From Candidatus Ozemobacteraceae bacterium (lineage in GTDB: Bacteria > Muiribacteriota > Ozemobacteria > Ozemobacterales > Ozemobacteraceae), in the NCBI GenBank assembly GCA_965140445.1, contig OZ223236.1, positions 3,904,001 to 3,968,000 on the forward strand: a stretch of DNA of 64,000 nt. The letters run 5' to 3'. Positions 9,897-18,783 of the stretch are shown piece after piece (the first letter of the stretch is position 1; every line of letters begins with the position of its first letter). The translations under genes were made by a program, and so were the position numbers. The notes under the pieces are model-generated. The model did not search any database. It had not been told where the DNA came from and saw only the letters and a program-made list of their open reading frames with translations.

Positions 9897-10712
9897 TTAT
9901 TCTACAACTATATCAAGCTTTGCCTCACCAAGATAGCGGTATTTTTTTTCCCCGACGGGATGAATTCGATAAAAAACAGTGTGACTACCCTTTTTCAAAG
10001 CTTCCGCTGGTATTTCTGTTTTATATGGTGATTCCATATTCGTAGCTGTTCTTATCCCAGCATGCTTGCCGTCAAACCTTGTTTCAATCCATGCCCCAGC
10101 TTTATTAGCCGCCTCAGCATCGAATTCAATTTTTATATCAAGACCATTGCCCTGTTTGATTGTGATCTGGTCTCCAGCTGGTGAAGCGATTCTAAAATCA
10201 ATTTTAGGAAATTTTTCAGAATAAACATCGTAAATACAATACTTTTCTGCTGATACAAAAAGGTCAAAGCGAATCAAATAGAAGAATTTTTCAAAGGAAA
10301 GTTTCAGTCTAACTTTCTTACAACTTAATTTGGAAGTTTCAAAACTTTGCTTTTTATCCACAACACCATCATTTTTTGCTTTGCCTAAATCAATTTTATC
10401 AGCCTCAAACGTCTCAAAAAGCTTATTAAAATCATTTACAGCCTTTTCGCGATCCTTTTTTACATCCATTTGAGAAAATTCAGACTTTATACTCGCTTCT
10501 TTGGGAGAATTTTCATCTAACCCAACTATAAAATTCTTTAAATCTTCTTCTGTAATACATTTTGCCGAAAAAGCGTCCAAGTTTTTTGTCTGAACAATTT
10601 CAAAAATCTCCTTCTCAATCAACTCATCAGCATAGAATTGTTCAGCCGAAGCAAAAGCTTTAATGGAAAATACTGCTAAAAATAGTGTAAGTAAAATTGT
10701 GGCTTTTTTCAT
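9897..10712 (-). CDS. Hypothetical secreted protein, possible C-terminal Ig-like beta domain
   Basis: Sec signal peptide MKKATILLTLFLAVFSIKAFA; AAGGGG RBS. Confidence 0.75.
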   Translation of the reverse strand: MKKATILLTLFLAVFSIKAFASAEQFYADELIEKEIFEIVQTKNLDAFSAKCITEEDLKNFIVGLDENSPKEASIKSEFSQMDVKKDREKAVNDFNKLFETFEADKIDLGKAKNDGVVDKKQSFETSKLSCKKVRLKLSFEKFFYLIRFDLFVSAEKYCIYDVYSEKFPKIDFRIASPAGDQITIKQGNGLDIKIEFDAEAANKAGAWIETRFDGKHAGIRTATNMESPYKTEIPAEALKKGSHTVFYRIHPVGEKKYRYLGEAKLDIVVE

Positions 10713-10831
10713 TAAATGGAATTCCCCTTCAGTTTGTTTATAATCTATTTTAGAGACTTCTAAAATGTGCCACTAAAATACACTAAACGATGCTCAAAAG
10801 TAATCAATTTAATTTCATACCATCTTCTTAA

Positions 10832-11617
10832 TCAAACTTCTGTTGGAGTTCTTAACTTCCAGCCATCAATTTTAAAACCACCCAAAGCATTAAAAACATA
10901 ATCCTTCAGTTTGCATAGATTTTTAAAAGACCTGTCAAAGCATTCTTCTTCCATGCATGCAACAAACTGGCTTGCAAATTCAGAGTCGGGAAATTTATTT
11001 AATCCATATTTTTTATGGTATTCAGGATTAGAGAGAAAAGCATGTATCTTATGGGGGGCAGGTAAAACGATTTTAGAAAACTGGCAAAACGAATTTAAAA
11101 GGGATTCAAGATAACGATGATAAAGATAAAAATAGTCTTTTGTGCCCTCTTTATATGCACGCTCTACTTCTTCAAATGTATCCCACAAATGATACTTAAT
11201 GAGCTCTAAAGGCACTTCACCGAGATCCGCTAATAAGATTTTAAGATCTTTTTTAGCTCTGTCCTTAATTTTATCGACAATTCCTGTTTTATCAAAAATC
11301 ACTTTAGCATTTTTAAAAATTAGTGCGTCAGTTCTTCTTCCGATGGCGATTCCATCATCCATGTATTTATAAATTTGTTTTGGTGGATTAAGAAAATATT
11401 CAATCAGGAAGCCTTGAACAAAAACATTTCCCCGCTCACGCCAATTGATTGAATCTTTGGAAATAAGAAAAATATCAATATCTGATTTTTCATTTTGTAA
11501 TCCAGTAGCGTAACTGCCAGTAAGCACTGCGGCCTGAATATCATCAATTTGAGACAAGCTTTTGACAAATTCATTTACTGCACTTTCCCAGGCTTCCAAG
11601 CAATTCCTCCAACTCAA
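10832..11617 (-). CDS. Pol-beta superfamily nucleotidyltransferase domain protein
   Basis: LTGSYATG...SDIDIF signature, third acidic residue in LIEYF, C-terminal helical domain. Confidence 0.85.
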   Translation of the reverse strand: MSWRNCLEAWESAVNEFVKSLSQIDDIQAAVLTGSYATGLQNEKSDIDIFLISKDSINWRERGNVFVQGFLIEYFLNPPKQIYKYMDDGIAIGRRTDALIFKNAKVIFDKTGIVDKIKDRAKKDLKILLADLGEVPLELIKYHLWDTFEEVERAYKEGTKDYFYLYHRYLESLLNSFCQFSKIVLPAPHKIHAFLSNPEYHKKYGLNKFPDSEFASQFVACMEEECFDRSFKNLCKLKDYVFNALGGFKIDGWKLRTPTEV

Positions 11618-11684
11618 TTTTTTGAAAACTACTGACTTTGTTGCAAGGTTATGAAGTTAAATATCTCCAAAAATTTTTACTAGA

Positions 11685-12206
11685 TCAGCTTTTCAGGAAC
11701 TTTTTATAAATGCCCCAGACAATTTCTTTGCCATGAAGTTTTTTCTGGATATTCTCGATGTATTGAAAACCAGCTTTTTGCAGAACTTTACATGAACCGA
11801 CATTATCCGCAGCAACACTTCCGATAATAAAATCAAGATTAAATTCTCTAAGTCCCCAGTCTGTCATAGCTACAACTGCCTCGGTAGCGTAACCTTTCCC
11901 CTGCTCTTTGTCTTCGATTGCGTACCCTACCTCCACGTCATTGCCTAGAGGACTCAGACCAACGTGCCCAATTAGAGCCTGATTACTCCGCAAATAAACC
12001 GCCAAAACAACCGGTGATTCTTTCGGAGATTTTCCATACTGTTGCTTCAAAAAGGTCAAAACTTCCTTTGCCTCATTCTCGTCTTCGTAAACCTGATCTG
12101 GAATCCACGACTTCATGCCTTCTTCAATACTCATCTGATAAATCTTGGTGGAATCTTTTAACGAAAAAGGCTTTAAAAGTAATCTCTCGGTCACTATCAT
12201 GTGCAT
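11685..12206 (-). CDS. GNAT N-acetyltransferase, RimJ/RimL family
   Basis: TERLLLKPF, EVGYAI..QGKGYATEA, N.GS.KVLQKAGF. Confidence 0.9.
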   Translation of the reverse strand: MHMIVTERLLLKPFSLKDSTKIYQMSIEEGMKSWIPDQVYEDENEAKEVLTFLKQQYGKSPKESPVVLAVYLRSNQALIGHVGLSPLGNDVEVGYAIEDKEQGKGYATEAVVAMTDWGLREFNLDFIIGSVAADNVGSCKVLQKAGFQYIENIQKKLHGKEIVWGIYKKFLKS

Positions 12207-12306
12207 GTAAAATCTCCAACAAATTGGTGGTTGGCAATTCGCCTTTTCAATTATACCAAGATGTTAAGATTGTTGGAACGGTATACAATGCCTTTGATAG
12301 AGATTT

Positions 12307-13455
12307 TTAGAGTCGAACGCCTGATTTTCGAAATAGCTTTAGATATTTTTCCATCATCAAATCCCAGCTTGCAGTTGATTCTATGCGCTTTCTGGCTAGA
12401 CTACCCATGTCTTTTAACTTTTTACGTGGTAACTCTAATGCTACTTTTAGGTTTGTTCTGAGAGAATCAATATTTCTATGTTCAAAGAAAAAGCCTTCTA
12501 TACCATGAGTATACATTTCCTTCATGCCCCCTGTTGAAGGCACTACCGGAACAACCCCAGAAGCCATTGCTTCCAGAACAACATAGGCATAGGTTTCATG
12601 AGAAGTGACTGCAAAAGCAAATAGATCCATAGCAGAGTAAATTGTTTCCACATCATTTCTGAAAGGAAGAATATGGAATCGTTTATCTGCGCCTAATTCA
12701 GAAGCTTTTCTGCGAAGGTGGTCTGCATAGCCCGGCTCAAATTCTCTTCCGATGTATACAAGGTTCACATCTTTTCGATTATGGGCAGGCCCATCTTTAT
12801 CAAACAGAGTTTTTAAAAGAATTTCAGATCCTTTTTCTGGATGAATTCGACCAGTGTTACCAATGATAAAAGCATTTTCATCTAATCCAAGCTCTTTTCG
12901 TAAAAAATTCCTACGCTCATTATCAGGTCTGTATTTATTGGTATCTATACCACTCTTGATGCAGTTCACCTTTTCTGTATCAATGGCCCAATACTGCAAA
13001 ATTTTGTTTTTTACGTGATCCGCGTTGGGAATAACCGCTGAAAGATGCTTGAATAGACGGCGGTGAAGAGGGTCATTACGATGATAATTTCCAGCACCAA
13101 TTCTATAAAAAAGAAAAAAAGGAGTTTTCTTTCCACTAATTAGTCTTGAGCCATGAATGGGATACATCAACTGAGTTCTAAAAGCCACTATTGCTCTTGG
13201 ATCAAGTTTTTGAACCATATTGTAGCAAGCGGTTAACCCCCAGGGCTCGTATTTTTTGGTCACAGGAAAAGACCATTGAGGAATACCTCGATCGAAGCAC
13301 TGAGATGACAATAAAGTCCCATCTGGAGCGGCAACCGCGGCTGGTATTCCTCGATCAAGAAGATCTCTGGCAAATCTCAAGCCAAAAAGCTCAAGTCCAG
13401 AACAACTTTCGTAAGGCAAAAGCATTACAACAGGATTTTTTCCAAATTTATTCAT
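12307..13455 (-). CDS. Glycosyltransferase family 4 (GT-B)
   Basis: GIDT..Y, GRIHPEKG, ETYAYVVLEAMASGVVPV..GGMKE; ATG 13455 preferred to GTG 13521. Confidence 0.88.
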   Translation of the reverse strand: MNKFGKNPVVMLLPYESCSGLELFGLRFARDLLDRGIPAAVAAPDGTLLSSQCFDRGIPQWSFPVTKKYEPWGLTACYNMVQKLDPRAIVAFRTQLMYPIHGSRLISGKKTPFFLFYRIGAGNYHRNDPLHRRLFKHLSAVIPNADHVKNKILQYWAIDTEKVNCIKSGIDTNKYRPDNERRNFLRKELGLDENAFIIGNTGRIHPEKGSEILLKTLFDKDGPAHNRKDVNLVYIGREFEPGYADHLRRKASELGADKRFHILPFRNDVETIYSAMDLFAFAVTSHETYAYVVLEAMASGVVPVVPSTGGMKEMYTHGIEGFFFEHRNIDSLRTNLKVALELPRKKLKDMGSLARKRIESTASWDLMMEKYLKLFRKSGVRL

Positions 13456-13771
13456 TTCCACACCTGATGTTTTTTTCGATACTAGCATACTTGACCTAAA
13501 AAAATAAATTGGTTTTAGCACTCAAGAACCTATGAAAAGCCTTCTCAAAAAACCGAGTATGCGCGCCAGGCCCTGCCAGTTTTTGGGCAGCAACGAAAAT
13601 TAATGATTATACAACATCTATAAAGATAAATTGATAAAAATTGCTCGCCTTCTCTATTGGATTCCAAAAAAGGTTAAATTTCGCCTAAACCGCCTTTGTT
13701 TTGTTATAAAAGCGGGTCTAATATCCTCAATGCAAAGTTTATTTTGCTTCATTTAATATGGGAGGTAGAAG

Positions 13772-14383
13772 ATGCTTCATCCTTCAACCGAACTAAGATT
13801 GATTAATAATGAAGTTGGCTACGGCGTAGTAGCCACAGAATTTATTCCCAAAGGAACTATAACCTGGGTTCTTGACAAACTCGACCGAGAATTTTCACAA
13901 ATAGAGATCGAAAACATGGACCCTGAATACAAAGACATTTTAGGAAAATACTGTTTTCGAAACAATACAGGTAAATATATTCTTTGCTGGGATAACGGTC
14001 GTTTTGTAAACCACAGCTTTAACTCAAACTGCCTCACAACCGCTTATGATTTTGAAATTGCCATTCGAGATATCCAGCCCGGCGAAGAACTAACTGACGA
14101 TTACGGTTACTTGAATATTGAAGAACCATTTAGAGGTATTAACGAGGGAACCAGAAGAAAGGTTGTTTATCCAGACGACCTTCTCAAGTATCACAAGGTC
14201 TGGGACAAAAAATTACAGAAATCCATCAAAAACTTGAATAAGGTAGATCAACCCTTAAAGCACCTTCTCAAAAAAGATTTGTGGGAAAAAATGATAAAAA
14301 TTTGTGTTGGCAAAGAAGAAATGGCTTCAGTTATCAATTGTTATTATAAGCGTGATCAACAGCAGGAAAGCGCAAGAGCTTAA
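13772..14383 (+). CDS. SET domain protein (putative lysine methyltransferase)
   Basis: GYGVVATEFIPKGT, RFVNHSFNSN, AIRDIQPGEELTDDY; GGGAGG RBS. Confidence 0.92.
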   Translation: MLHPSTELRLINNEVGYGVVATEFIPKGTITWVLDKLDREFSQIEIENMDPEYKDILGKYCFRNNTGKYILCWDNGRFVNHSFNSNCLTTAYDFEIAIRDIQPGEELTDDYGYLNIEEPFRGINEGTRRKVVYPDDLLKYHKVWDKKLQKSIKNLNKVDQPLKHLLKKDLWEKMIKICVGKEEMASVINCYYKRDQQQESARA

Positions 14384-14403
14384 ATTTTAGCAAACTTCTA
14401 AAT

Positions 14404-14446
14404 AAAAAAATGCTGCCATCTCAAAATGAGAGGCAGCATTTTTTTT
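14404..14446. terminator. Bidirectional intrinsic terminator
   Basis: A7-TGCTGCC-a-TCTCA-aaa-TGAGA-GGCAGCA-T8 between convergent SET and phosphorylase genes. Confidence 0.85.
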
Positions 14447-14449
14447 AAA

Positions 14450-15181
14450 TTAGCTTACTTTAGCTTTACTTAAAGCGGCCATGGTTTCAAGACCAATTTT
14501 CAGCATTCTTTCTTTGCCCTTAGTAACCATCTCTCCATGTGGATCATAGTTGCCTTCGTCCCATTTGAGCGGATTGCCATCTACAGTAGCAATAGCCCCA
14601 GCCTTCACGCCTCTGAGTGAAGCGATAACGAAAAGAGCTGAAACTTCCATTTCAACGCCAGGAACTCCAGCTTTGCTGTAAAGCTCAAGAGAAGTCTTTA
14701 AAACAGCTGGATAAAAAACATCGCTGGTAAGCATTATCCCACGTTTATAAGGTGCGGATAGCTCTTTACAAGCCTTTTCAATTTCCAGACACACTTCGGC
14801 GTCAGATATTGCAGGGTATCCCAATGGAATCAAGAGTGGGGTAACGCCATCTTCTCTGATAGCACCTGTTGCAATAATATGTTCGCCCTGCTGTAAGCCA
14901 TCAATGAGGCTTCCACAAGTACCAACTCTAACAATTACTTTAGCTCCAATCTTAATCAGTTCTTCAAAACAAATTGAAGCACCTGCGGAACCAACGCCAT
15001 GAGAAGTGATAGTTATCTTCTCACCTTTATAGATACCCATAAAAGTCCTATACTCACGGTTATACGCCAATTCTTCATATGACTCACAAAGTTTAGCAAT
15101 TTTCTCAGCCCTCGCTGGATCACCGCATACGATCACGTAAGGTGAAATCTGTCCTTCTTCTAACTTTAAATGTGGCTGCAT
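14450..15181 (-). CDS. Nucleoside phosphorylase (uridine phosphorylase / PNP_UDP_1 family)
   Basis: GDPARA, NREY, SHGVG, RVGTCGS, VEME motifs. Confidence 0.92.
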   Translation of the reverse strand: MQPHLKLEEGQISPYVIVCGDPARAEKIAKLCESYEELAYNREYRTFMGIYKGEKITITSHGVGSAGASICFEELIKIGAKVIVRVGTCGSLIDGLQQGEHIIATGAIREDGVTPLLIPLGYPAISDAEVCLEIEKACKELSAPYKRGIMLTSDVFYPAVLKTSLELYSKAGVPGVEMEVSALFVIASLRGVKAGAIATVDGNPLKWDEGNYDPHGEMVTKGKERMLKIGLETMAALSKAKVS

Positions 15182-15254
15182 AATCCACTCCTTATCCTTG
15201 TTTAATTTTCGTTGCTAATATACCCAAATCTTTGCCAACTGGTCAATAATTTGT

Positions 15255-15327
15255 CACATTTACCCAAAAAATGTGTCGCTATTACGCAGCAATTTCATAA
15301 AAATGAGCTAATTTGCTGCAAAATAGC
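15255..15327. promoter_or_regulatory. Two inverted repeats upstream of the sigma54 promoter (candidate enhancer-binding protein sites)
   Basis: CACATTT-N7-AAATGTG (15255-15275) and GCTATTACGCAGCAA-N20-TTGCTGCAAAATAGC (15278-15327, 13/15 complementary). Confidence 0.5.
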
Positions 15328-15349
15328 AAAATCATGTCAATTTTCAACA

Positions 15350-15365
15350 TGGCACGGTTAATGCA
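15350..15365 (+). promoter_or_regulatory. Sigma54 (RpoN) -24/-12 promoter
   Basis: TGGCACGGTTAATGCA versus consensus TGGCACGNNNNTTGCW: exact GG-N10-GC spacing, one mismatch. Confidence 0.75.
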
Positions 15366-15406
15366 TTGAAAGTGATGTCTCAAAACTTTGAAAAAGGAGG
15401 AGTCTT

Positions 15407-15547
15407 ATGATGGATTCATGTATCCTTGTGTTCTTCCAGAAGTGGTTGACTGAAACCAAGCTGGAAATGAGCCACAACAAGATTTCACGTAACAATAAGC
15501 ATGAGGGCGACCCCCATTTCGGCCACCCTCCGGACGTTTTGCGCTGA
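15407..15547 (+). CDS. Unannotated 46-aa small protein (or sRNA with embedded ORF)
   Basis: AAGGAGGAG RBS immediately before ATG; MMDSCILVFFQKWLTETKLEMSHNKISRNNKHEGDPHFGHPPDVLR*; below ORF-track cutoff. Confidence 0.55.
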   Translation: MMDSCILVFFQKWLTETKLEMSHNKISRNNKHEGDPHFGHPPDVLR

Positions 15548-15589
15548 AGCAAAGAAAAAAGAATGAAATTGAATAAAAGAGGCGAATTA

Positions 15590-15622
15590 CGGGCCAGGGG
15601 GGACCTTTTCCTCCCTGACCCG
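15590..15622 (+). terminator. GC-rich hairpin downstream of the small ORF (no classic U tract)
   Basis: CGGGcCAGGGGGGA-ccttt-TCCTCCCTGaCCCG. Confidence 0.55.
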
Positions 15623-15755
15623 GTTAAACAAAACGAACGACTCATGTTTGTTTCATTTTTAAATCAATTAACTGGAAACAAGCCAGTTTTTAGTGTTCCA
15701 CAGCATCGGTCTTACAAAGGATTAAAAATAGAGAGCACTCAGCTTTCCAATAAAG

Positions 15756-15785
15756 TTGACATGGGCTTCTTTTAATGTTTATGAT
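15756..15785 (+). promoter_or_regulatory. Sigma70-type promoter of the DUF1015 gene
   Basis: TTGACA-N18-TATGAT about 40 nt upstream of ATG 15828. Confidence 0.6.
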
Positions 15786-15827
15786 TGCCGGCAACAGATA
15801 ATTTCCCGCAGACAAGGAGAAGGAATT

Positions 15828-17066
15828 ATGGCAATCGTACGACCTTTTAAAGGGCTTAGACCCACCAAAGAAATCGCACCAAAACTAGCGTCTTTTCCAT
15901 ATGACGTAATCAACTCAGAGGAAGCAAGAGAAATAGCAGGAAACAATCCTCATTCTTTCCTTCATGTTGTTAAGCCAGAGATTGATCTGGAACCAGGCGT
16001 AAACATCTATGACCAGAAGGTCTATGACAAAGCCGTAGAAAATTTCAAGATGTTCCAGGAAAAAGGTTATCTGGTAAGAGATGAGCAGGATTGCTTATAT
16101 ATTTATAAACAAGTCATGGATGGAAGATCCCAAATTGGCCTCATGTGCTGTACCAGCGCAAAGGAATACTGGGACGGAAAAATCAAACGACATGAGTTTA
16201 CAAGAAAAGTAAAAGAAGAAGATAGACTTAAACATGTTGACATGACCAATGCTAATGCTGGTCCTGTTTTCCTTACCTACCCCGCCCAGGACGACATTAA
16301 CAATCTTATAAATGAAGCTATTAAAGCAGCTCCGGAATTTGACTTCACATCAGAAGATGGCATTCAGCACAGCCTTTGGGTAGTAAAAGATGCTGCCTGG
16401 ATAAAAAATATTACAGAAGCTTTTGCCAAAGTTCCTGCGCTTTATGTTGCAGATGGCCATCACAGAACTCAGGCCGCTGGCCGCATAGCAAATTTGAGAG
16501 CAGAAAAAAATCCTAACCACACTGGTGAAGAAGAATACAATTTCTTTTTGTCTGTTGTATTCCCACACAACCACCTTTACATTATGGATTACAACCGCGC
16601 AGTAAAAGATCTTAATGGTCTTTCAGAAGAAGAATTCCTCAAAAAGGTTGAAGAAAAATTTGAAATCGAAAAACTCGATTACAAAAAACCAGAAAAAATG
16701 AATACATTTGGCATGTATCTTAAGGGTACATGGTATAAACTCACAGCAAAACCTGGAACCTTTGATGCCAATGATCCGGTTAACAGCCTTGATGTAGCAA
16801 TCATGCAAAACAATCTTCTGTCACCAATACTTGGCATCGGTGACCCTAGAACCGATGACCGAATTGATTTCATTGGCGGTATCAGAGGAATTGGCGAGTT
16901 AGAAAAAATAGTTAACAATGGAAAATTTGTTGTTGCTTTTGCCATGTTCCCGACTTCAATTGAACAGCTGATGAGAATCGCTGACAGCGGCGAAGTTATG
17001 CCACCAAAATCAACCTGGTTTGAACCAAAACTTAGATCTGGAATGGTTGTACACACATACGACTGA
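15828..17066 (+). CDS. DUF1015 family protein
   Basis: RPFKGLRP...PYDV, RHEFTR..KE.DR, LYVADGHHR, DYNR, MPPKSTWFEPKLRSG; AGGAGAAGGA RBS before ATG 15828. Confidence 0.92.
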   Translation: MAIVRPFKGLRPTKEIAPKLASFPYDVINSEEAREIAGNNPHSFLHVVKPEIDLEPGVNIYDQKVYDKAVENFKMFQEKGYLVRDEQDCLYIYKQVMDGRSQIGLMCCTSAKEYWDGKIKRHEFTRKVKEEDRLKHVDMTNANAGPVFLTYPAQDDINNLINEAIKAAPEFDFTSEDGIQHSLWVVKDAAWIKNITEAFAKVPALYVADGHHRTQAAGRIANLRAEKNPNHTGEEEYNFFLSVVFPHNHLYIMDYNRAVKDLNGLSEEEFLKKVEEKFEIEKLDYKKPEKMNTFGMYLKGTWYKLTAKPGTFDANDPVNSLDVAIMQNNLLSPILGIGDPRTDDRIDFIGGIRGIGELEKIVNNGKFVVAFAMFPTSIEQLMRIADSGEVMPPKSTWFEPKLRSGMVVHTYD

Positions 17067-17082
17067 TCCTGATAAAGATTTT

Positions 17083-17112
17083 AAAAGCCGTTCCATCTGG
17101 AGCGGCTTTTTT
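17083..17112 (+). terminator. Intrinsic terminator
   Basis: AAAAGCCGTTCCA-tc-TGGAGCGGCTTTTTT. Confidence 0.8.
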
Positions 17113-17215
17113 ATTGCCATTTATTTAATTCAAATCCATTTCATATTTTTTGGAACAGTCCGTTTTATTTACTTTCGTTTTGGGTTATCCTGATAGCTGA
17201 ACAAAAGGAAATTAT

Positions 17216-17827
17216 ATGTTAACAATTTATCTAACAATACATGCAACATCAACCTGGAATGAAGCCGGTTTAATGCAGGGCCAGAATAATACCCCTCTTA
17301 GTGAAAAAGGTCGGGAAATGGCAGCCAGGCTTTCTGAGGCATTCCAACCTGGCGAACTAGACAGAGTTGTATCCAGTGATCTACAGCGGGCTATTGAAAC
17401 CGCAACCCCGCTTGCAGATAAACTAGGATTAAAAGTTGAAACATTTCAAGAGTTACGAGAAGGCAGATGGGCTAAAAAAGATACTCAGCCAGGCATTGAA
17501 ATGCTACCTGCAAATTATGGAACCGAAACTCGTGCACAAGCAAGGGACAGAATGATCGCGTTCATGGAGCATTTCTCTAGCCTGGATAAGCCAGAAATCA
17601 ACCAGAAAATATTAATGATCGCTCATAGTGCAACTGTAAAAGATTTTATCGAATATCTCCAAAAAAAGTTATCTACAACAGACAATGAAAAGTTTGAGTA
17701 TAAACCTTTCAGAACAGCTCTAAATAAACTCATTTTCAAAAATGGAATATGGGAAATCGAGTATCTAAACAAAGACCACCATTTAAAAGGAATCTCAGAA
17801 CAGGCGAGATTATTCAACGCAGGATAG
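17216..17827 (+). CDS. Histidine phosphatase family protein with degenerate RHG motif
   Basis: IHATSTWN..LMQG..PLSEKG, SSDLQRAIETA, LREG, IAHS. Confidence 0.8.
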   Translation: MLTIYLTIHATSTWNEAGLMQGQNNTPLSEKGREMAARLSEAFQPGELDRVVSSDLQRAIETATPLADKLGLKVETFQELREGRWAKKDTQPGIEMLPANYGTETRAQARDRMIAFMEHFSSLDKPEINQKILMIAHSATVKDFIEYLQKKLSTTDNEKFEYKPFRTALNKLIFKNGIWEIEYLNKDHHLKGISEQARLFNAG

Positions 17828-17861
17828 TTTTCTTTGAATAATCTTTGTTGACGGAGGACAA

Positions 17862-18734
17862 ATGAAAAATCCAATTCAACGAATTGCAGCAATCCACGAT
17901 TTATCTGGCTTCGGAAAAGTTTCTTTAACTGTAGCCATCCCAATTTTATCAACAATGGGTTTTCAAGTGTGCCCTTTACCAACGGCCATTTTATCTACAA
18001 ACACAGAAATTAAAGGATTCAAATTTGTAGATCTCACAGCTTTCATGCCAGATTTTATTTCCCATTGGAAGACGTTAGATTTAAAATTTGATGGTATCTA
18101 CAGTGGCTTTTTAGGTTCCCATCACCAGATCAAAATGGTTGAATCCTTTATTGAAGATTTTAAACAAAACGATCAGATTATAGTTGTAGATCCGGTTCTT
18201 GGAGATGATGGCTGTTTGTATGAATCCATGACGGCTGACATGGTAAATGAAATGAAAAAACTCATAGAAAAAGCCAGAGTAATTACCCCAAATATGACTG
18301 AAGCCTGTGCACTACTAGGAAAATCATATAGCCATGACATAGGAGAATCACAAACTAAAGATTACTTACGTGCGCTAACCGACAGAGGTCCTGAGATTGC
18401 GATTATTACAAATGTAATGAAAGATGAAAAGAAAAAGAAAACCTTTGTTTATGCCTATAATCGCAATCAAGAGAGATTTTGGAAAGTTTCGTGCGATTAT
18501 ATCCCTGCAAATTATCCGGGAACTGGTGACACATTTACAAGTGTTATAACTGGTAGTTTAATGCAGGGCGATAGTCTTCCAATAGCTCTGGATAGAGCAG
18601 TTCAGTTTATTTCCATGGCTATTAGAGCAACATTTGGTCATAATCACGACCCACGGAATGGAATTTTCCTTGAAAAGGTTCTGAACAACCTTAACTCTCC
18701 TATACAAAATGGTTGCTATCAACTTATAGACTAA
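17862..18734 (+). CDS. pdxK: Pyridoxal/pyridoxamine kinase
   Basis: HDLSGFGKVSL, LPTAILST, IYSGFLG, VVDPVLGDDG, ITPNMTEA, PGTGDTF. Confidence 0.9.
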   Translation: MKNPIQRIAAIHDLSGFGKVSLTVAIPILSTMGFQVCPLPTAILSTNTEIKGFKFVDLTAFMPDFISHWKTLDLKFDGIYSGFLGSHHQIKMVESFIEDFKQNDQIIVVDPVLGDDGCLYESMTADMVNEMKKLIEKARVITPNMTEACALLGKSYSHDIGESQTKDYLRALTDRGPEIAIITNVMKDEKKKKTFVYAYNRNQERFWKVSCDYIPANYPGTGDTFTSVITGSLMQGDSLPIALDRAVQFISMAIRATFGHNHDPRNGIFLEKVLNNLNSPIQNGCYQLID

Positions 18735-18783
18735 GAAACAGCAACCCAAAACTTAAAATAAAAAAAATGTTTCTGGAGATAAC

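Noticed and set aside
10832..11617. CBASS CD-NTase or MNT-HEPN toxin-antitoxin system
   Set aside because: No SMODS-type extensions recognised and no Cap effector or HEPN neighbour
4349..12306. Integron cassette array (same-strand unrelated genes; GTTRRRY-like heptamers near 4531-4537 and 6944-6950)
   Set aside because: No integrase, and no paired RYYYAAC..GTTRRRY palindromic attC after successive genes; the heptamers are expected by chance in AT-rich DNA
15370..15650. Known structural RNA (tRNA, SRP, 6S, tmRNA, riboswitch)
   Set aside because: I cannot recognise the diagnostic motifs of any of these; an Rfam scan is needed to exclude them formally
15358..15775. ORF-track calls 15358..15645 (-) and 15563..15775 (+)
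   Set aside because: No convincing RBS or motifs; they cross the hairpin and conflict with the better-supported promoter-RBS-46-aa ORF arrangement
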